DNA of 54,956 nucleotides, the filler included, from Sphacelaria rigidula (taxonomy: Eukaryota): assembly GCA_964200075.2 (NCBI GenBank). It is 3 parts of 3 records of this genome, joined end to end, with 100 filler letters (N's around TTAATTAATTAA, not from the genome) between each part and the next. Parts side by side here need not be neighbours in the genome. Positions count along the whole stretch, not along the records: positions 1 to 18,256 come from CAXNAA020000886.1; positions 18,357 to 36,610 come from CAXNAA020000887.1; 1 more part is not named here. One strand, 5' to 3'. Under the pieces are notes generated by a model. It had not been told where the DNA came from. It did not search any database and worked only from the letters and a program-made list of their open reading frames with translations. A program made the position numbers and the translations under genes. Shown in pieces: positions 13,311-25,700 of this stretch (its first letter is position 1; each line of letters begins with the position of its first letter).

Positions 13311-15286
13311 GCCCAACCGCCAACACTTTTTTTCCCTCATCCACAAAGCCCCCCCCCCCCCCCCCCCCCGCTAAACTATTCTGTTATGCCCGTACTTTGC
13401 GCAGGCACGTGCCGCGAAGGGCCTGGGGCCCGAAGAAGCCGATAACGATCGCAGCGGGGGAGGCATGCGCGGCGGCAACGATTTCGACTCTCGAGGCGGC
13501 TACGGAGACGACCGCGGCGCAGACGGCGGAGGATGGCGCACCGCGGGCAGCAGCAACCGTGGGCAGAGGGGTGGAGGGGATGACCGATTCGGTGGAGGCG
13601 ACCGGGACTCGAGGGGAGGTGGAGTGGGAGCCTCGGGAATGGACAACAGGGATCGAAACTTTGAGGGGGGGTGGCGTCGAGCGGGCGGCGGATCGAGTGG
13701 CGATGGAGGTGGGGAACTTCTCTCATTTTTCTTTCGACTACGATCTTTCTATTCTTTTGGTTCGTGCATGGCATCCACGGATCTCGTGGACGGTCAAATA
13801 TATTGACATTCCCACTTGCAACTCCGAGGGTGCACGAAGAAATGAATCCCCCACATCCTTCACCCCTTCGTGGCCCCGAGGGGATGACCCAAATCATTGC
13901 AAAAAACCGTGTTGTTGAAACCCGATATCCCCGGGACACTGGTTTGTTTTCATTTGGGCCTCCTTGCGATACAGGTGCCAGTTGTAGGCCTTGATGCGCA
14001 CTCTTGATGGTCGATCGCCCCGGCAGCTCAGTCGGTAGCTTCGAAATATAAATTCTGGCGGTTGAGACGTGTGTTGAAATCTCGGTGAGGTTGCACGATG
14101 TGGCGTATTTTCTCGCATCGTGCCCAACAAAGGGAAGTGCTCTTGTCGTGAGTACACGAATGACTTGGCGGGTAAGGAAAATTGTGGAGCACTTCTAGCA
14201 ATAAGAAAAATGACTCGGAGAAGTGCCACATATATTTTTCATGTTATTCGTAGCACTTTGTGACCCTCCTCTTCCCGGGGGCATGTCTGTGGTCTCGGGG
14301 GATCGAGCCCTTCTCTCCCCGGTACACGCCTTGGATTTTGGTTTCGCGGATTGGGTCAGCACTCTTGCCTCGCGGCAACCTCGTCAAACAAACGCAGCCG
14401 ATCACTTTTTGTTTTCTCGCGTACCATCACTTTTCATGCTGTGAATGAGGAACCTCGAATGAAAAACCCAACGTATCGGGAATGGAATCGACGATTCCCC
14501 CACATCAATGCTGAGAGTCGCACTATTTTAATTCACACCGGGGCGCGACGGCTTTAAAGATCCGATTCTGTGTTGACTCTCGCGTGACACCGGCCAATGC
14601 ACCCACATATACCGGAAAGGTGCAAACTGGCGTCCGAATTGTATGGGATGACAACACATTAGCACACCCATGGCGACATCTGTGTATTCGTGACTTGCCG
14701 ACGCTTTTGTGCTGCGTCGCGTGAAGTTATTTTATTTTCTTCAATTTTCCCCTAAAGGTGAGCCTTCTTCTATCGTGACGTGAAACATACGTTGTCATCA
14801 TGATTTCGCCCGAACGCCCCAACGACACACCCTCGCTCGCATGCCTCCTATTGTGCGCGTTCAGGGAGCCGCGGTGGTGGCGGGCGGTTCGGAGACCGAG
14901 GCGGGGGTGACATGGACAGGGAATCGGGCGGGGGTGGCGTTCGCTTCAGCGATCGCGGAGGAGGTGGCTTCCCTCGCCGTGACGATGGTGGCGGTTTCTC
15001 CCGTCGTGATGATGGTGGCGGTGGCGCTTTCTCCCGAAGAGAAGATGGCCGCAGCAGTGGCGGGTGGCGGAGCTCCGGCGGGGGTGGTGGTGGGCGGGAC
15101 ACTGGGTACGAACGCCGAGATGACCGTGGGGGTGGATTCGGTGGGGACAGGGGAAGCGGCGGGGGAAATCGGTGGGGTGGTGGGGGAGGGTATGGAAACC
15201 GCGACGGGGAGAACAGGGATGGTCCTCCAGCTGGGCAGAGGCCGCCGATACGGGGCCGTGGACGTAGTCTTCAAGATCTCTTGTAA
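299..15286 (+). CDS. EIF3A: Eukaryotic translation initiation factor 3 subunit A, 5'-partial, 15 exons
   Basis: Phase-consistent GT-AG exons: 299-409, 2604-2748, 3037-3173, 3603-3693, 3894-3992, 4531-4692 (or 4689), 7056-7262, 8797-8895, 9720-9869, 10047-10109, 11162-11320, 11615-11718, 12555-12636, 13405-13708, 14865-15286 (TAA). Peptides YKFYSLGLEYNKTLT..QANCVLLAAISIP, KNQRMSTLLGF..PSREALLEEL, YVPSLERIVVLRLLAQLSSVYHTV (PCI region), MRTQLSTLAKQL, ALSRKNMIEKRKEEAE and AKRLDYITRALRLEEMP match eIF3a/TIF32 as I know it. These are followed by an E/R/K coiled coil and a G/R/D-rich tail. N-terminal exons lie before the window. Confidence 0.93.
5225..6720. mobile_element. Non-autonomous DNA-transposon-like insertion with internal palindrome in an eIF3a intron
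   Basis: Inverted repeat 6453-6545 / 6627-6719. Segment 5605-5665 resembles the reverse complement of 25198-25258, and TACCGGCTTCCGGGGGTC occurs at ~5837 and ~24981. Boundaries are approximate. Confidence 0.45.
10933..10975. repeat. (TTA)/(TTG)n microsatellite
   Basis: gttgttgttcttattattattgttgttgttgttgttgttgttg seen directly. Confidence 0.85.
14013..14200 (+). mobile_element. Degenerate copy of the tRNA-derived SINE
   Basis: gatcgccccggcagctcagtcggtag head, then ttctcgcatcgtgcccaaca...gtcgtgagtacacgaa matching the SINE core. A matching tail piece lies at ~14566-14668. Confidence 0.55.
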
Positions 15287-15973
15287 GGAGTACCGCTCTC
15301 TGCGAGGTGATTGTGGGGAGTCTCTCGGGCCTGGGGACACTCGAGAAAATATTATCATGTTGATGGCGGGTTTCCAAGGTTGTGTTCCGAGACCGATCCC
15401 GGAGTTGGGTCAAGCTGGTGGGATGGTCATGTCGAGAGCTTTGTCGTTCGTGATTTTGTAGCGTTGATATCCCAGCCAGGTCATCTCCCGGCCATGTGGA
15501 TTCGTGTGCTGCAGCCTGAGAAGACTACCATGTCGTGAAAAGGAGTTGGTGCCGAAATGTGTGATGCATCATTACCTTAGCGCGTGTCGATGAAACATGT
15601 ATTCTACAATTCTATAAGTTTTGATGCGACTTTTCTCTGCTGCGTTTACTATACGAGGCGCGGTCCTGCGGCGGCATCACACATGGTGAAAATTAACTTG
15701 CCTTACACGACGGGGGTTGTCCATTTGGATCGTGAGTACTCTCTTGAAGTAGAACAAGTACCCCGTAACCCCAACCGATGCTGTAACAGATGACGCACTC
15801 TCCCCATCCAAGGATCAACAACCGATATCAACTCCTCGAAAATCAGGGGAGAAGCGTCTTACTCACTCGCTTCCCTAATCGAGACGCGTAGTTCATCAGC
15901 AACCATCCAGTTAAGGGACGGGGCCCCGCGACCTACAATCGAGCGGTGACGAGAAATGAAACGCACTAATGTC

Positions 15974-16335
15974 GGTTGTCCTGGTGGCTCAGTTGGTAAC
16001 CTCGGGACCTTCTGACCGTTGGGTCTTGGGTTCAATTCTCTGACCGATCTGGGAATCTTTCTCACACCATGCCCAACAGTGGAGAGGGACTATGTCGTGG
16101 GTACACGAAATTCGACTCAACGGTCGAGCAGGGAGAGGAACTGCTGAGGTCCCATCGCGATGAAAAAACAAAGGCAAGCACCGCAGAAGGAAGGTGGGGT
16201 ACTGGAAACAAACACGAAAGGAAGAGCTCTTGTGTTGACCTTGCACCTGTGTGAACCCGGCTGGCGCGCCCACATATACCGAATGGTGTAGACCGGCGCC
16301 CAAAACAGATATGACAACAACACCCACACACACAC
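15974..16335 (+). mobile_element. tRNA-derived SINE, apparently full length (~360 bp)
   Basis: Head ggttgtcctggtggctcagttggtaa..gggttcaattc carries A and B boxes. The core is shared with 1-216, and the tail cccacatataccgaa.ggtgtagac.ggcg ends in CA-rich repeats. Tail copies occur at ~14590-14668 (+) and ~54880-54956 (-), with a fragment at ~5050-5160. Confidence 0.75.
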
Positions 16336-17802
16336 AAGTCGAAATGGGCCAACCGTTCATTTCGTGATCTCGCCCAAAACGTCTTTCAAATAGATTGCCC
16401 TCGAATTTCGGCTGTGAACTCGGAGTGGTGTCGGCTGGGCCCTTCTTTTTACCCCTGAGTGGCGAAATCTGCCCGTAACTTATTTTGTAATTCATACGTG
16501 GTCTCTATCTTTCATGGATCGGCCGAATCATGGCCGATTTGAATAACCAAATCCACGATTTCTCGGGCCTCATTGTTCGGAAGGAGGGAAAAAAATCGAC
16601 CGCTGATCAAACGGATCCCCACGCAATTTTGATACGGGTAAAGGGTACCGGTTTGTGGGCACCCGAGTAGTCATCCCACAAAACATGCCAGCACCAGGAT
16701 CCGACCGAGTGTGGTGACGATTGTGTATGGAAGATGGTTAAAATAATGATCACCATACCGCTCCACCTGCAGTGCGTCGAGCGCATGCTCAATGCAACAC
16801 CAGCTGCAGGCAAGTCAGGCTTACTTTAGACGAGGACCAGCGACACCTCTGATACCGCAGTTCATGGATGGCGTAAATGCCTCTTGTATTATCGGCGACA
16901 GGCTAGTAGCTGCTGTACGCGCCGGGATCAGTCCTGAAAGCTCTGAAAAGATGGGTAGACGATCCGATACCAAGTATGACACATGGAGCCTAGTCGACTG
17001 GAACATGACCAATAAATCCATGACATGCCCCCAGCCTCGTTCATAAGGCCAAACGAAATATGATTTGTGGGCTGGAGGGGTCGAAAAAGGAACGAAGCCT
17101 GTGCACCGATGCCACAAGATAAAACAAGAAAAACCTGCATAATTACAACGCAGAGGAAAACTCGATATCTGATGGATGAACAGGGACACCTGAAATTCAT
17201 GAGTGAAACGTACGGTACCAAAAATGTATAGCTAATTATTCACTTTTTCATCACCGCATTCTTCCCGCAATGATATCATATACCACGTCACACAGTAGCT
17301 ACTCGTGAACGTCGATAGCTGCAGTCTATCTTTGGTTCCTCCGTTCCAGCTTCGGGCGCTCGAGTTCCCGGCGAGATAGCTCTTTCCAGTCTCCATCTTC
17401 GCATCGTACTCACTCGCCGAAAGAGATGCCCATCATCATACACTTACTTGGCGCTTTGACTTGGCACTGCTCCAGCCTTTCCCGGAAGTAGCACCAATGA
17501 TCAAAAGCTTCAAGGCATCACTACGTGGGGGAGCGGGGTGCCTTGAGTACGATGACGGGGTCGGAGAAACTGTGGGGTGATACAGGTGCAAACGGCTCAT
17601 GACGCAGTATGAAGCAATGGGTGGGTTGTGGGAAAAAATATTATGTGGAACTGGGGTCAAAGGAAAGGTGTGGACGATGAAGATGACAGAAATGTGCCGA
17701 AAGTACGATGATGCTAGACGGGGAAATATCGAAATAATTTGATATTTTGCAAGGATTTGCACCAGGTTGTAACACGGGATCTTAAAAACTGGGGATGGAT
17801 CA

Positions 17803-18186
17803 TTTATTGGGGATGAGAAACCCAGAGGATTAAAATCTTCGTATCCGCACCAAATATTCGAAATATGCTTCCATTTCTTCACCTACTGATACCTGTTGAC
17901 AACTGCTACACGCCACAGAAATTTGGATTTCGAACATCGAAATGTTGGGTTGCGAGGTGAAAAAACAGTTTTGTGGAATTCCGGGTGTCCGAGCGGACGC
18001 CAAAATGGTTCCGAAATGTTTTTTTTTCACCTCGGACCCCAACATTTCGGTGATCGAAATCCAAATTCCTACGGCGTGTAGCAGTTGTCAATAGCTATCA
18101 GTAGGTGAAAAAATGGAACCATATTTCGAATATGTGGTGCGGATAATACGAAGATTTTAATCCTCCGGGTTCTCATCCCCAATAAA
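17803..18186. repeat. ~385-bp imperfect fold-back inverted repeat (MITE-like hairpin)
   Basis: tttattggggatgagaa...ttctcatccccaataaa with arms of ~165 bp. The mirror ORFs 17896-18081(+) and 17906-18091(-) give near-identical peptides, confirming the self-complementarity. Confidence 0.9.
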
Positions 18187-18256
18187 CAGCCGATTCTCGA
18201 AAATGGGGTTGAAAAAAAATGAGGTTCAACTCAAAAGCTGTGCTTTCCCTGACCTA

Positions 18257-18356
18257 NNNNNNNNNNNNNNNNNNNNNNNNNNNNNNNNNNNNNNNNNNNN
18301 TTAATTAATTAANNNNNNNNNNNNNNNNNNNNNNNNNNNNNNNNNNNNNNNNNNNN
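18257..18356. other. Artificial contig linker (44 N + TTAATTAATTAA + 44 N)
   Basis: Exactly 100 bp with a six-frame stop spacer, identical to 36611-36710. Confidence 0.97.
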
Positions 18357-18548
18357 GTGCAAGCCTGGTCCGGCGAAAACCCGGCGTACTCCGTCCCGGC
18401 TTTGTAGGGATGCGAGGTCACCGGTCTTATGACTATGGCATGCATGATCATGAGTACACCCTACTTGTATGAAGACGTCTCGAAAGGGATGCGTGATCAA
18501 TGGTCAAACGGCCAAGGCAAGCAACAAATGAGTACGCCCCCCCCCCCT
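18357..18548. mobile_element. Fragments of the interspersed LTR-like family
   Basis: 18357-18458 aligns with 44128-44228. gatcaatggtcaaac..aaggcaagcaacaaatgagtacgcccccc (18495-18547) recurs at ~51440-51487. Confidence 0.65.
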
Positions 18549-19769
18549 ATGAAGATCAGCCAGAGCTTCAGCTCGAGTCCTCGGCTCCCCTGGATTTCAC
18601 CGTCCAGGATCATTCCTTGTTAGCAATGAGCAAGCGCATTATTTATTGAAATTCTCGAAAGCAAGCGAATCGTCCCAACTTTGTAAGGGACAAATCGTAA
18701 ATTGTCAGCCCACAACACCAAGGAATGAGTAGCACTTGAAATTAGACGTGTAATTCAACGTGTTGAATGATCAACGGGTCATCTGCCGGCTGGCACGTAC
18801 GAAAGTAAAAACAATAATTAGACAATTTGAACAGAATAAGGCCACTGGTTCAAGTACACTATACAGTAAGTACTGCCTGTTCGAAACATGAAAACACACA
18901 CACAAAATCGCTGACATCATCACAGACACCACAACACACACGATTTACTGGCTCTAATACTGACTGTACAGGGGTGGTACTAAAGATCATACATATTCTT
19001 CCAGCAAAAACAAACAAACGCTGTCTCCGATACCTCCTTATGTTGGGAAAACCAGAACGCATCCAAAATTGTTTCCCCTCAGAACTTGCTGTCTAGCCAC
19101 TATATCGCTGTAGCGAAGCAAGATCATAATCGAAAAAAACAAACAAATAAATAAGTACGAAAGACTACAGAGGAACAACAGCCGTGACAACTTACCTGTT
19201 CGACAAGCCCCACCCCTCTCACCCTCCTTGAAAATACTGATAGTTCTCGCGCACAAACGTTGCAGAAGTGATACCTGAAATACCTCACGCGTGGTCACCG
19301 GGCATCCGGATTCAGGACAACTTGGGGAACTACTTCCGGCGGTGCCAAAACACCCGACCCGGCTGTGCTACTACCATGCTTGGTTGACAAGCAGAAAGAC
19401 AACGAGCACCCCCGTCGCTTGAGAGGGATAGAGGAGAGACCTGGGTTGACTCCATTTGTAGTGGTGGAAATGAATCCCCCCTCTCCCACGAACCCTTTTT
19501 ACTGGATTTCACACGGGGCTGTTCTCTCCGATAGAACGGGCCTTGAGATCGCAACTCTGCCCTTCTCCAATTCGTCCCCTGCCCTCCCCCCTGCCCAATC
19601 TCCACTTGTCCTTACGTCCTCACGTCCGCGAACCTCAAGCAAATTGAGCGACATAGATGAGACACAACCACCAAACACGCTCAAACACCCCCCAACATCT
19701 CGACTCACACCCCCACGGATACACAGATAATCACATGCACACACACACACGGAACGCTGGCACGACGTT

Positions 19770-22700
19770 TTACACGACATCCGCACCCCTACTCCTCCGC
19801 AGTCCGACATCTCTTCGATCGTCCGCCGCCGCTGCTCTTCGAGCTCCAGAATCACTGTCGCCGAAATCGGACGACGATCCCATTGCGGAAACAGGCGGGA
19901 ACGGGTCTGTCGATCGCCGGGCACCGCCGTCAACACCACCGCTACCGCGCCCACCGCCTGCATTGTGCTCCCCCTCGCCCGACCGCGCCCTTTCTCCGAA
20001 AGGGAAGGGGGGGATCTCGTCCTCCGCTTCCCGCTCGGGAGATTTGAATTCGGCGAAGCCGACATCGAGGGCTTCGCGGTTGGCCAACAGCGACGTCCCG
20101 CGGTTGGGGCCCTTGTGAGAGCTCCCGTGCAGGAGTCCGGAAAACCCCACCATGTTGGTTCTGCTTGGCCTTCGCGTGCTCAACACGTCATCGAAGCCAC
20201 CGTCGAGGTCTCGATTGTCCGCACTGCCGGCACCAGCAACAGCACCAGCCCCAACGGTAGCGCCGCCGGCGCCCCCTCGCTCCACATCAAACGTAGATCG
20301 TCTGCCGTCGTGGTCAGCACCGTTATCCCCTCCGTCGTTCTCCCAGCTATTCCGCCGCCGCCGCAGTCTGCCGTCCGCTTCCCTGCCCGAATCCCCCGGC
20401 ACACTCTCGTCCTCCGCCGGGCGGTCGCCCGGAACAGCCGGCCTCATCCCCGAAGAAGCACCGTTCGGCTGTTTTTTCTCCTCTACCGCGGTAGAGACGG
20501 TGGAGAACACGCTGTTGGAGTCAAATTGTTGCCCCTCTAGCTCGTTTTCCTTCTCCAGAAACGACGAGAAGTCGTCTGCTGCCTGAGAGGACGAGCGAGT
20601 AGGTGGGCCGCGGGGCGAGAGAACGTTATGCCCGACACATTTCTAAATCTGACTGTTTATCCACAAAACGACCGATTGGTACTATTTTTTATGCTCATGA
20701 GGGCTGAGGTGTAAGCAATACCATGGGCTCACTGCCATTCAATACTTCACCGTTTCCGCGAAACTGATCGGGAGGGTGGGGGTACTGGGCTTTGCTCAAA
20801 ACAGTACGCAAAGATTCATTCATTTATATCTTCAACTTTCTGGTTTTTTACTTCAGTGAACTACGTCACGGTCGAGGACCCCGAAACACTCACACGAACG
20901 GTTTAGGCATATGGAAGTATTTCTACATATTACATACTCGGAATATTTCGGCGCTGAAATACAGAGTAGATGAGGCGTTGGGTTCTTGGGTTCGTCCGAA
21001 TTGTGGATTATGAGCTCACAACAAGCTGAGTATAACCTGAGAAGCGAACGTACAGAATGTATGGACAAATACCTTGATGATGAACTCGAACGTCATCCGG
21101 CGTTCGTCATTTTGAAAAACAATCCCCCGATCAACAGTCGAATACTCCCTCATACTGTAAAGATATTAGAATGCTGACGGAGGAACCATGTCTTGGAAAA
21201 AACGCGCGATTTCGAACCGTGACTTTGTGGTTGAAACGCGCTGCCGGCCACCTAGATTTTCCTTCACGCGTTCTGCTTCTCTGTAGCGTGTCCCGACACT
21301 GTCTTTATCGCGTCTTACCTGGATTTCTTTGCCGATCTCGCGCCCTATAGCTATTAGGGAGAGCAGCAGCAAAACCTGCCCAGACTCGTTGGCCACGCGA
21401 AATATTGACTGCTCACAGTGTAAGCCACCGAATACGGGAAATGGAGGAAGAGCAACGAGGGCTCGTGAGCAAAACTGCACACGTGGGCCGGGAAAAATTA
21501 TTTGACGTCATGCTCCACAAGTAGGACGAAGAGTTCACAAAAGCAGGGCAAACATAACAGGGTATTTTTGGCTACATAGCGCACGGCAGAGTACAGGGCA
21601 GCTTCGCGAGTATGGCTACGTGTAAAATACCGTTAAGGATGACGAAAAAGCACACACATTTATACCGACCAGTATTTTTCACACGAACTGTGCAAAGGTA
21701 CATTATAAGATGCTGGCACCCTCGCTGGTAACAAATGTCAAATGTCAAATTCCACGTGAACAAACGGTCACAGAGGCAGTGTGTACATGTACAACAGGCA
21801 TGCACGGCAGGAGAAAGACAAGAGACGTAAAAGGAATGAATAAGCGAGAGAGTCAGATTGTCAAGTCGCATAAACACGTACCTCCGGTGGTACTTGGCCA
21901 GCCAGCAGAGCCAGCGTGCCAAGAAACAGAAAAATCCAACCATTGCACACCGTCGACTGCACGACGATGGACGCATCGTTGCCGTACTTCCACATGTACA
22001 GAGCGATGTAGAGAGCTACTACGGTCATGCCGGTCGTCGGGAGCAGCGCCAGGAGTAGGTGGGCGCTTGCGTCCTCCGTGTCCACGAGCCTTGTGTATGT
22101 GTGAGTGTTTGTAGGCAAGCGAACAAAAAAGGCGATACGTTCGAGTACGACTGAATTACCACCGAGGTCCGGCGAAGTGAATATGAACGCGCTCAAAACA
22201 TGAAGCACGGCAGACAAGTGCATCTTGATAAACCTATATATATATACACACACATAAGACATGCACATGAAATGATATACACCCCATCGAAGCAATAAAG
22301 AACGTCCCAGTGCACTTCACGAATTTCGACGCAAAAGCTTCAAAGAGCCGAAAAATCGACCATTCAGATACATGGATGTACGACGGAGATACACGGCCCC
22401 CTCCTCTTCGGAACTCGAGAGGTTCCGAATATCAGCGGGAACGCACACGCAATAGAGGGGCTGTGAATAGGTCTTGGTTTAGAAAGAAAATACTCGCCAA
22501 TCCCTCATGTCCCACTCGGTGGGGATTCTGGACAGAACACGGTCAACCGCAGAAGGACCGTAACATATCGTATCACGTATCATATATGCGTGTCATGGCT
22601 TCGCCTGTGGACCAGGCCGCGGTGCTTGCTCCGTCATGATTCCGACAGCATGCTTTATTATATGAATTTTAGCATGTATACACATACACCTACACATATT

Positions 22701-25700
22701 TTTTTCAGAATGTATTTGGACAAAAGCCATGTGCGCAAATATTTTTGCGAGTCCTTAGTAGTACCAAACATCGGATACATACGGATCTCTGCAGTGAATG
22801 ATTGTGGAGCGGGAGGGGGGGGAAACTGCGACTTTTGGCCCTCTAACATTTTCTTATTCGTTCCAAGCACTCACCCCGTGCCTCCCGCTTTGTCGTCGCT
22901 ACCCACTATGTCATCGTAATTCACCAATATGCCCAGCACGAACAGGACCACAGCAAGGATGCGGACAAAGTTCCGGAGAAACCACGAGCAGGGCTCGACA
23001 CTCGTCCGATGCCCTTGCTGCCATCCCACACGCAGAAAATGGAGCATTAGAAATATAAAAAGGCAAAACACAACGCAAGGAGCAACAGCGGAAGCAAAAG
23101 AGGGCTGCTGAGTGAGCGTGAAGGTCCCAGACAGAGTGACGCACAAGTGACCCATGTCAGTGTCGGGTGTCCATGTTGGGTTTACGGTGGGGAACCTCAA
23201 TGCGAAGCGCGCGCACGTGGGTGTGGTTCATGTGTGCAATGGCTTGCTTCACTGTTTCATAATTAAAAGGGTGCAACCTAGGTTAAAAGGGGAGGATAAA
23301 AAAGCATGGCAAGATGTGTGCGGCAACCGTACATTGCAGGATCCTACACCGCAACACATCGACAGCACACCCTGGACAAAATATTCCATTGTAAAAAAAT
23401 GTACTGCGTACAGTATGGAACATATTCTCTAGTGCAATGGGCGCATTAGTCGACACTGTACGCAGTACACTTTTTGACTGTGTATTCTATCGTCCAGGGT
23501 GTGATCGACAGACTACTACACCACCATTCATCAGAGAGTAACACGAGACGCATGTGGGACACGAGGAAAGTAGGACTCAGATCACACTGGCGTTCCTTCA
23601 CTCAGTGGAATAAGTCATATCTACTTTCCGTTGTGCGACAACCACTTGCCCCCGGCCCCACCGAAAACGATGAGTTGAGATTTACACATAACGCAATGGC
23701 GCGCAAAGCATACAACGAATGCACGGCAGCAAACATGGCGGGGGTATAACGACAAAACTTGATCACACAACCAAGGATGGAACATGACAAAAGCAGCTAC
23801 TCTGGATGAAAAAAAAGTGACAAAACTCACGTCGAACACGATCCCGCAGAACTTGACGGAGCGTCGCTTGTGCACAGCGTACGCCACTTCGAACATCACC
23901 ACTAAGAACATCGGGATGACGGCCGCTGGCAACAGCAGCGCAGGAGAGAGCACAAGAATCACCGGGACGAGAACATCATTAACGGTAGACACAAAACCAG
24001 CGGAGTATTAACTTGCCGAATTCATCGTTTCCAGGGCAATGCCGTTTGCGTGTATCGCAGCAGCAGTTGTAGTGGCGTCGTCATGTCGCGTCGTCGCCTC
24101 AACTAACTTTGCTGTGAGATCCGGCGCGTGGGTGGCAACGGTCTTCTTCATATGTAGGCGTTGTCTCTTCACCCAAGAGCAAATGCTACGGTAGGGTTGC
24201 ACGTTTGGAACGAAATCTTGTCGAGTTCAGGGGCTCCTGAAGATTCTAGACGCACAAGAATATATGGGTCAGGGCACCCTCGTTTGCAAATTCATCAGGG
24301 ACATCCCTAGCATATTAGAATAGTAATCCTAGCGTACCCTCACATACTTCCAAAGTCGTGTTTTGGCTGAGATATAGGGCTCCTCACAATTCAAACCTCA
24401 CAAAATATTTTCGCACCCCCACCGTAGCATCCCTTCCGAAACAATTATTCCGAACCCCTGTCTGAAAAAAAATAAAGAAGAAAAGACCGCTTGATCGTCG
24501 GGTGCTGAGAAGGTTAGCCCCCTGTATGAACACCAAGGTCGTTCATCTGTTGAATCAGCATCATTTTTTACTCAGGGAATGACTGAGACCCAGATCGCCC
24601 ACCCTGGCCCGTTGAAGGCCGAACCCTTAGACTGCGAGATTCGCCTCGGAACAGTTTCGACGGCTGCAAGGACATCCAGGGGGGTTTTAGGGGGTAGAAG
24701 TGGGGGGAAGGTGCCTGGTCGCAAAACAAACGGATAGCTCGCGAAGTCAACCATGTGTATTTTGGAAGTTTCCAGCGAAAAAATTCAAACCAGGAACGAG
24801 TTGCCATCACAATAGTCATGATTGGTCAGAACGGTCACTTTGCTCCCATGTAGATGGCGTACACAGCCAACATAGCTTCACGCTGCCTGTAGTTTTGTTA
24901 CGGAACTCCAAACGTTGTGTGCATGTTCCTTGGACTACCCCGGGACGCGTAATTTTGCTTCTTTATTGGTGAGGATTCTGTACCGGCTTCCGGGGGTCTT
25001 CACGGTGGGACCGCCGGAAGTCGGTGAAGAGCACACAAAAGTTCGAATGTTTTTCCAGCGACAATTTTTTCCCATTTGGAACATCAATACCTGCGGAAGT
25101 GCCAAGTTCGAGTGCGATCTGCGCTTTTTTTCAACATATACAAGGGAAACTGTAATGGGAGGCGTTCTGCGCCTTCTGTGCATACGAGTGCAAAACCGAC
25201 GACGCCCAAAGCCCAAACCACCGGAAAACCGCGGTTTGGGGTATAATTCGATCCCATGGTGACCGGTCTCGAATGTGTTCCCGAACTGATGGCAGTTACT
25301 ACGATGTAAAGCATGCATGTGGAAATTAAGTAAAAATTGGGATCGGAATTCATATTCCAATTTGAGAACAATTGGAAGGGCCCTGATTGATCAAGGTACC
25401 TTTTCACCCTTCGCGTCACCGCTATGGCCTTTAACAAAACTACCTACAGTAGTCAACCTCTTTAGTTGCGTTATATTTTATAACCTGGGGTACCACGATG
25501 CGATACTTCTCTCGAAGGATAATTAAGTCCCTGCTTGTTCTTCGGCTTTACTGTGAATGCGATACCTCATCCCTGCGGAAAATTACATTCCTTGTACAGA
25601 ATTACTTCAACAAAACTGTGAAGCCATGATGGGCCCCCTACAAATCTGTCTCGCAGATATGGGTCACCCCGACTTTGCATAGGTTCGGGTCTCTGCAGAT

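Noticed and set aside
15974..16050. Functional tRNA gene
   Set aside because: The acceptor stem is poorly paired, and the head is fused to a multi-copy downstream body, as expected for a SINE.
17436..17882. 148-aa minus-strand ORF or exon ending in GTAAGT
   Set aside because: It overlaps the fold-back repeat. Only a short exon-like piece (~17520-17448) is plausible and it could not be linked to other exons.
18301..18312. TTAATTAATTAA as a regulatory or PacI-like site
   Set aside because: It is an artificial spacer centred in N padding.
19499..20586. Overlapping alternative-frame and antisense ORFs over the last 7TM exon (similarly 14841-15461 and 45414-47066)
   Set aside because: These are shadow ORFs of GC-rich low-complexity exons; only one frame is phase-consistent with the upstream exons.
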